Assembly (NCBI GenBank): GCA_029262475.1
Contig: JAJCZG010000025.1
Location: 8,224-72,223 of the forward strand
Reading direction: 5' to 3'
DNA from: Deltaproteobacteria bacterium
Lineage (GTDB): Bacteria > Desulfobacterota > GWC2-55-46 > JAJCZF01
Length of the DNA stretch: 64,000 bases
The first letter of the stretch is position 1. The number at the start of each line of letters is the position of its first letter. The notes beneath the pieces are model-generated. The model saw nothing but the letters and a program-made list of their open reading frames with translations. It had not been told where the DNA came from and ran no database searches. The position numbers were made by a program, and so were the translations under genes. This document shows, piece after piece, positions 59,895 through 64,000 of this stretch.

Positions 59895-61694
59895 ATGCAG
59901 GTCTTAACCGTTGGTAAAGAGCGCCAGGTCACCTTCTCGCTCGGAGGGCATCACGGCGCAGTGCAGAAGGCCGTTAACGACCTCGCCGCCAGGAGCGCTG
60001 GCACTCGCTTATGGGAGAAGGACCCATCCCTATGGAGCCGGGACGCCACCGTTCAGGCGCAGATCTCAAATTCGCTCGGCTGGCTCTCCGTTATAGATTT
60101 AATGAAGGAGAAGGCAGGTGAGATCATCTCCTTTGCCGATGAAATAAGAGAGGCCGGCTATAAAGACGTGGTTCTCCTCGGCATGGGCGGCTCTTCACTA
60201 GCCCCCGAGGTGCTTAGACGCACCTTAGAGTCTTCCGTCTCCAATTCGAAGTCGCCGAAGCTAACCGTCCTCGACTCCACCGACCCGTGCGCGGTACTAA
60301 GGATTACGGAAGCGATAAACCCTGCCACGACCCTCTTTCTCTTTTCGAGCAAGTCAGGGAATACCATCGAACCACTAAGCCTCTTCAATTACTTCTATGA
60401 TCTAGTCTCAAAGACTGCGGAGGCTCCGGCCGGGAGAAATTTCATCGCAATAACCGACCCGGGCTCACCGCTTGTTTCACTCGCAGAGAAGTTCAAATTC
60501 AGACGCATATTCCTAAACCCCTCCGATATCGGCGGAAGGTATTCGGCCCTCTCTTACTTCGGGCTCGTGCCGACCGCCCTCGCCGGGATTGATATCAGGC
60601 CCCTCATAGAGGAGGCCTCGCTGATGGCGTCGGAGTGCGGCCCCGAGCTTAACGAGATAAGTAATTCGGCGTTTGTCCTTGGCGCGGCGCTCTCTGCTCT
60701 GACAAAGCTCGGTCTAAATAAGCTTACCTTCTTTATTTCAGACGAATTCGCCTCACTCGGGTTATGGCTCGAACAGCTTATCGCCGAGAGTACCGGCAAG
60801 AACGGCGTGGGTATAGTCCCGATTGCTGGCGAGAGCCCCGGGGATACGAGGAGTTATTCGGTGGATAGGGTCTTTGTCCATATCGGAAGATCTTTTGTCG
60901 AGGAACACCATCTGGAGTTCCTTCATTATATTCAAGAGTTGGGACACCCGCTCATAAGTATCTGCATAGACGACCCGTCGCAGGTCGCAGGCGAGTTCCT
61001 TCGTTGGGAGATAGCCACTGCCATCTCCGGCATAGGGCTTGGCATAAACCCCTTTGACCAGCCAGATGTTGAGAGCGCCAAGCAGAACGCTAAGTCCATG
61101 CTCCTTGACGCCTCAGACGGCATGAGGCTCCGCTCCGGCAGGGTCTTTAAAGACGATGAGACGAAGGTGCGCCTATACTTCGATAATGATAACCTTGAAA
61201 AGCTCTCACTTCCAGCGCACCTCGCCGATGACGTCGCAGGAATGAAGGCCTCTCTCAAGGCGTTTTTGGGACTTCTCGGTAAGGGGGACTATGTCGGTCT
61301 CCTCGCATACTTTGACGACGGTGACGTTGAGCTATCCGAGTCGTTTTCGTCGATACGGGGTATTATAAGGGGTAACCTTGGTGTGGCGACGCAATTCGGT
61401 TTCGGCCCGCGCTATCTACACTCCACGGGCCAGCTCCACAAGGGCGGAGACGACAGCGGCCTCTTCTTCATCTTCTTTCACAGTAAATCTACGGGCGGCA
61501 AGTTCCTGATCCCCGGCACATCGTACAGCTTTCTTGACCTGGAGTCGTCTCAGGCGCTCGGGGACCTCGGTGCACTCCAGACGAAGAGAAGAAGGGTTGC
61601 GCTCATTAACCTCGATCTACCGTTTGACGAGTCTCTTAGATTCTTCCAAAAGGTCCTTGGTGACGCTATTTCTGAACTTAAAGCCGGTAATTAG
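59895..61694 (+). CDS. pgi: Glucose-6-phosphate isomerase (SIS-domain PGI)
   Basis: DVVLLGMGGSSLAPEV, FSSKSGNT. The start codon is uncertain. Confidence 0.75.
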   Translation: MQVLTVGKERQVTFSLGGHHGAVQKAVNDLAARSAGTRLWEKDPSLWSRDATVQAQISNSLGWLSVIDLMKEKAGEIISFADEIREAGYKDVVLLGMGGSSLAPEVLRRTLESSVSNSKSPKLTVLDSTDPCAVLRITEAINPATTLFLFSSKSGNTIEPLSLFNYFYDLVSKTAEAPAGRNFIAITDPGSPLVSLAEKFKFRRIFLNPSDIGGRYSALSYFGLVPTALAGIDIRPLIEEASLMASECGPELNEISNSAFVLGAALSALTKLGLNKLTFFISDEFASLGLWLEQLIAESTGKNGVGIVPIAGESPGDTRSYSVDRVFVHIGRSFVEEHHLEFLHYIQELGHPLISICIDDPSQVAGEFLRWEIATAISGIGLGINPFDQPDVESAKQNAKSMLLDASDGMRLRSGRVFKDDETKVRLYFDNDNLEKLSLPAHLADDVAGMKASLKAFLGLLGKGDYVGLLAYFDDGDVELSESFSSIRGIIRGNLGVATQFGFGPRYLHSTGQLHKGGDDSGLFFIFFHSKSTGGKFLIPGTSYSFLDLESSQALGDLGALQTKRRRVALINLDLPFDESLRFFQKVLGDAISELKAGN

Positions 61695-61901
61695 CCTAAC
61701 CCCCGCTCTCCCTTCTTTTAATAGCTACCCCCCCCCATGGCGTATCGGCGCCATACTGTGTTATACCCGAAATTTAAATAAATATCGCTTGGAATGTTTA
61801 TGCCGCTGAGCTTGAAGAACGCTTTGGTATGGGTGAAGTTCTGCTCATAAACGATCTTGAGAGGTTTTTAAGGTTTCTTCTAGTGTAGCCGCAAGGCTTA
61901 A

Positions 61902-62227
61902 AGACGAAGACAGGCCTTTCAAATAGGTGAGGCCGGGGTATCGGGGGCCTCCTCCCTTGCTGCTCGGGCGGTTGTCTCCATCTACGGGGCAGAGGCCGGG
62001 AATCTGGCGCTTAAGGCCGGTGCTTACGACGGGATATATATAGGCGGCGGTATCGCCCCGAAGCTACTTCCGGTGATTGAGGCAGGAGGATTTATGGATG
62101 CCTTCCTCGCCAAGGGACGGATGAGAGGGCTTCTCGAATACCATCCCCGTTTATGTTGGTAATGGATCAGGACGGGGCACTTAAAGGCGCGGCTACGTAC
62201 TGCCGTATGAAGCTTACGGCGAAATAG
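61902..62227 (+). pseudogene. glk: Glucokinase (glk) C-terminal remnant, about 105 codons, with no start codon and at least one frameshift
   Basis: Translation ...[53 protein letters not shown](frameshift)[17 protein letters not shown]... aligns to the E. coli Glk C-terminus [56 protein letters not shown]. Confidence 0.6.
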
Positions 62228-62255
62228 CTAACTAACTGATTACACTCTTTAATAG

Positions 62256-62292
62256 AAAAAGGCCTCCGGGGTTTAATCCCGGAGGCCTTTTT
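62256..62292. terminator. Bidirectional intrinsic terminator
   Basis: AAAAAGGCCTCCGGG-gtttaat-CCCGGAGGCCTTTTT sits between the glk remnant (+) and the cytochrome genes (-). Confidence 0.6.
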
Positions 62293-62341
62293 CTATTAAA
62301 TACTATTTAGCGTAACTTCTTTTAGTCGTTAACGTCTCTCT

Positions 62342-62674
62342 CTACGGCTTGGTGTGGCACTTGTCGCAGACATAGAGTGCGAATGCATTAACGCTGTCGT
62401 GACACTTTAGCGAGCCGCAGGCCCCGCCCTCCATATTCACCATCATCGAGAGGTCGTTTGCACCCCGTTCTTCCTTAAATATCTTGGGGTGGCAGTCTGC
62501 GCACTTAAGAACCTCTTCGTGACGGGTATGGGGGAATATTACCGGCCCTTTTCCCGCTTTCTTCATGCTCTCGATTTTACTGTCCATCGTCATATCTCCG
62601 AGCCCCTCGGCCTGTGAGGCAAGTGGTACGGAGATAAAAGCAGCAAATAGAATGAATAGAAGTATATGCTTCAA
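62342..62674 (-). CDS. Periplasmic c7-type triheme cytochrome c (paralog 1)
   Basis: Signal peptide. FPH..H, CADCH, CGSLKCH (CX4CH), and CDKCH heme-binding sites. Confidence 0.7.
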   Translation of the reverse strand: MKHILLFILFAAFISVPLASQAEGLGDMTMDSKIESMKKAGKGPVIFPHTRHEEVLKCADCHPKIFKEERGANDLSMMVNMEGGACGSLKCHDSVNAFALYVCDKCHTKP

Positions 62675-62686
62675 ATTAACGTGTCC

Positions 62687-63349
62687 TTATTTTTTCTTCG
62701 GCTTTGGCGAAGAGTGGCACCTGATACAGTCGGTGAGCGGGAAGGCTACCTTGCCGTGACATCTTCCGCACCACTCGCCCTGGGCGATACCGGCCATCGT
62801 CATGTGGTTCTCGCCCTTGGCCGGGATAAATATCTTCGGGTGGCATACTTCGCACTTGAGCCACCATGTGTGAATCTCATGCGGGTATATAACGTCGGCT
62901 ACGAAATCGCTCTTTGCTTCGATGAGAACGTCCATCGGGAGCGGCGGCATCTCGTCCTCGTTCGGGTCCAGCGAATGGCGCGGTTTGATCTTGCCTTCGC
63001 GAACTATCTTTGCCCAGTCAACGAGTCCGTACCTGTCGAGCGGAAGCCCCGAAGCGCTCATGGCTCTCGGATGCCACCCCATACCGGCCCTTACGGATGC
63101 GCTCGCCGGCTTGTTCGGGTCGCCGACACCTGCCTTCTTACCGGCGGTGTCGGTGTAGAGTACGCTATTGGGGTCGTCGGGGTTTATACTCTGGCTAATC
63201 GCCCCCTCGTCGTTTGAAACAATCTTCTTTGCTGATTTCTTCGTCGCTGCCTCCGACCCGGTGGCCGATATTGCGAAACATACGATTAGTGCAAGCACTG
63301 CGAGGAAGGTCAGTTTTATAGGAAGTCTATATATTGATGAAGCCTTCAT
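62687..63349 (-). CDS. Periplasmic c7-type triheme cytochrome c (paralog 2), with a ~110-aa N-terminal extension
   Basis: Signal peptide. YPH..H, CEVCH, CGRCH, and CIRCH. Confidence 0.7.
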   Translation of the reverse strand: MKASSIYRLPIKLTFLAVLALIVCFAISATGSEAATKKSAKKIVSNDEGAISQSINPDDPNSVLYTDTAGKKAGVGDPNKPASASVRAGMGWHPRAMSASGLPLDRYGLVDWAKIVREGKIKPRHSLDPNEDEMPPLPMDVLIEAKSDFVADVIYPHEIHTWWLKCEVCHPKIFIPAKGENHMTMAGIAQGEWCGRCHGKVAFPLTDCIRCHSSPKPKKK

Positions 63350-63384
63350 TATTTATCCTCCTTTCGGTAAATAAAGTCCCTGTG

Positions 63385-63729
63385 TTATTTGCCTTCGTAT
63401 GAATGGCATCTGTCGCAGTACAAAGGCTCCCATGCCGTAAGTCCGTTGTGGCATCTTCCACAGAACTTTCCTTCCATAATAGCCTGCATATTAATGTCGT
63501 TAGCGCCCTTCTTGATAATAAATATATCTTCGTGGCATACCTTACATTTAAATCTGATACGATGGAACCAGTGAGGGAAGACGACAGGTTTTACATTCGC
63601 CTTCTTCATGCTGTCCATCTTTCTGTCAAGCACGATGTCACCGTATTCAGCATGGCTCTGGCCTGAGAAGAGCATGCCGACGGCGACGGCTGAGACAAAA
63701 ACAACAGCCCAGAGTATTCTTTTATTCAT
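63385..63729 (-). CDS. Periplasmic c7-type triheme cytochrome c (paralog 3)
   Basis: Signal peptide. FPH..H, CKVCH, CGRCH, and CDRCH. Confidence 0.7.
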   Translation of the reverse strand: MNKRILWAVVFVSAVAVGMLFSGQSHAEYGDIVLDRKMDSMKKANVKPVVFPHWFHRIRFKCKVCHEDIFIIKKGANDINMQAIMEGKFCGRCHNGLTAWEPLYCDRCHSYEGK

Positions 63730-64000
63730 ATGCCGACCTCCTAAATAAAAATAGTTCAGGTTATTTTGCTACGTGTTGCAGCTAGCTATTTAATTTCTGA
63801 TGTAGAAGGGGTATTCGCCAATAAACTGACGTCTACTAATAGACCTCAATATAGGGAAATTGTCAAGTGAAAAATTGACCGCAAGACCGTGAAAGCGCCC
63901 TTTGTTTCAGGAGAAATTGGGTGTATTGGCAGGTTTTTATTTTATTAAATTCGCTTACGGAATATTTATTAATGTAGCAGATGGGGCAAAATGCCATGTT

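Noticed and set aside
61902-62227. Whether the glk-like open frame could be a functional small protein
   Set aside because: It has no start codon or RBS, lacks the N-terminal ATP-binding half of the actin fold, and contains a frameshift. It is called a pseudogene.
62666-63217. A 183-aa plus-strand ORF overlapping the cytochrome genes
   Set aside because: It is antisense to two CXXCH-bearing cytochrome ORFs with signal peptides, so it is spurious.

Overview
This is a gene-dense, high-GC (roughly 58%) bacterial chromosomal segment. Its content (PPi-type phosphofructokinase signatures, a DcrH-like hemerythrin chemoreceptor, c7-type multiheme cytochromes, an HD-GYP protein, a ThiC-family (BzaF-like) gene in a cobalamin operon) points to an anaerobic, Deltaproteobacteria/Desulfobacterota-like organism; that assignment is tentative. 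From left to right the window holds: rsmE and trmFO; a divergently oriented HD-GYP / HEAT-repeat gene pair; radA; a TPR/glycoside-hydrolase-like exported protein; an FNR-like regulator; an orphan sensor kinase; pfk; a DASS transporter; a lone MCP gene; a lipoprotein; cutA; a hemE-hemH-hemY heme cluster; an eight-gene chemotaxis operon (cheA, mcp-hemerythrin, cheW, cheB, cheR, cheY, HDOD, cheX); tRNA-Leu(GAG); the secG-tpiA-pgk-gap-aroD block on the minus strand; a cobalamin riboswitch controlling cobO-cobU-cobT-cobS-cobC-cbiA plus a ThiC paralog (probable BzaF, 5-hydroxybenzimidazole synthase); an S1/P1 nuclease; a glutaredoxin; comM; TPR, lipoprotein and YyaL genes; a cysteine-desulfurase-like gene; tsaD; rsmA; a deoxynucleoside kinase; panBCD; a DUF502 gene; tkt; pgi; a decayed glucokinase remnant; and three tandem paralogous triheme c-type cytochromes. 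No prophage, CRISPR array, IS element or recognisable defence island is present. The observations that go beyond ordinary annotation are: (i) the HD-GYP and HEAT-repeat neighbours share a short N-terminal motif; (ii) a family of roughly 150-bp repeats recurs in at least four intergenic regions in both orientations; (iii) an 80-bp tandem repeat carries a reiterated GGGGTTTT motif; (iv) the cobalamin operon carries the anaerobic benzimidazole-synthase paralog; and (v) the triheme cytochrome genes are triplicated in tandem.
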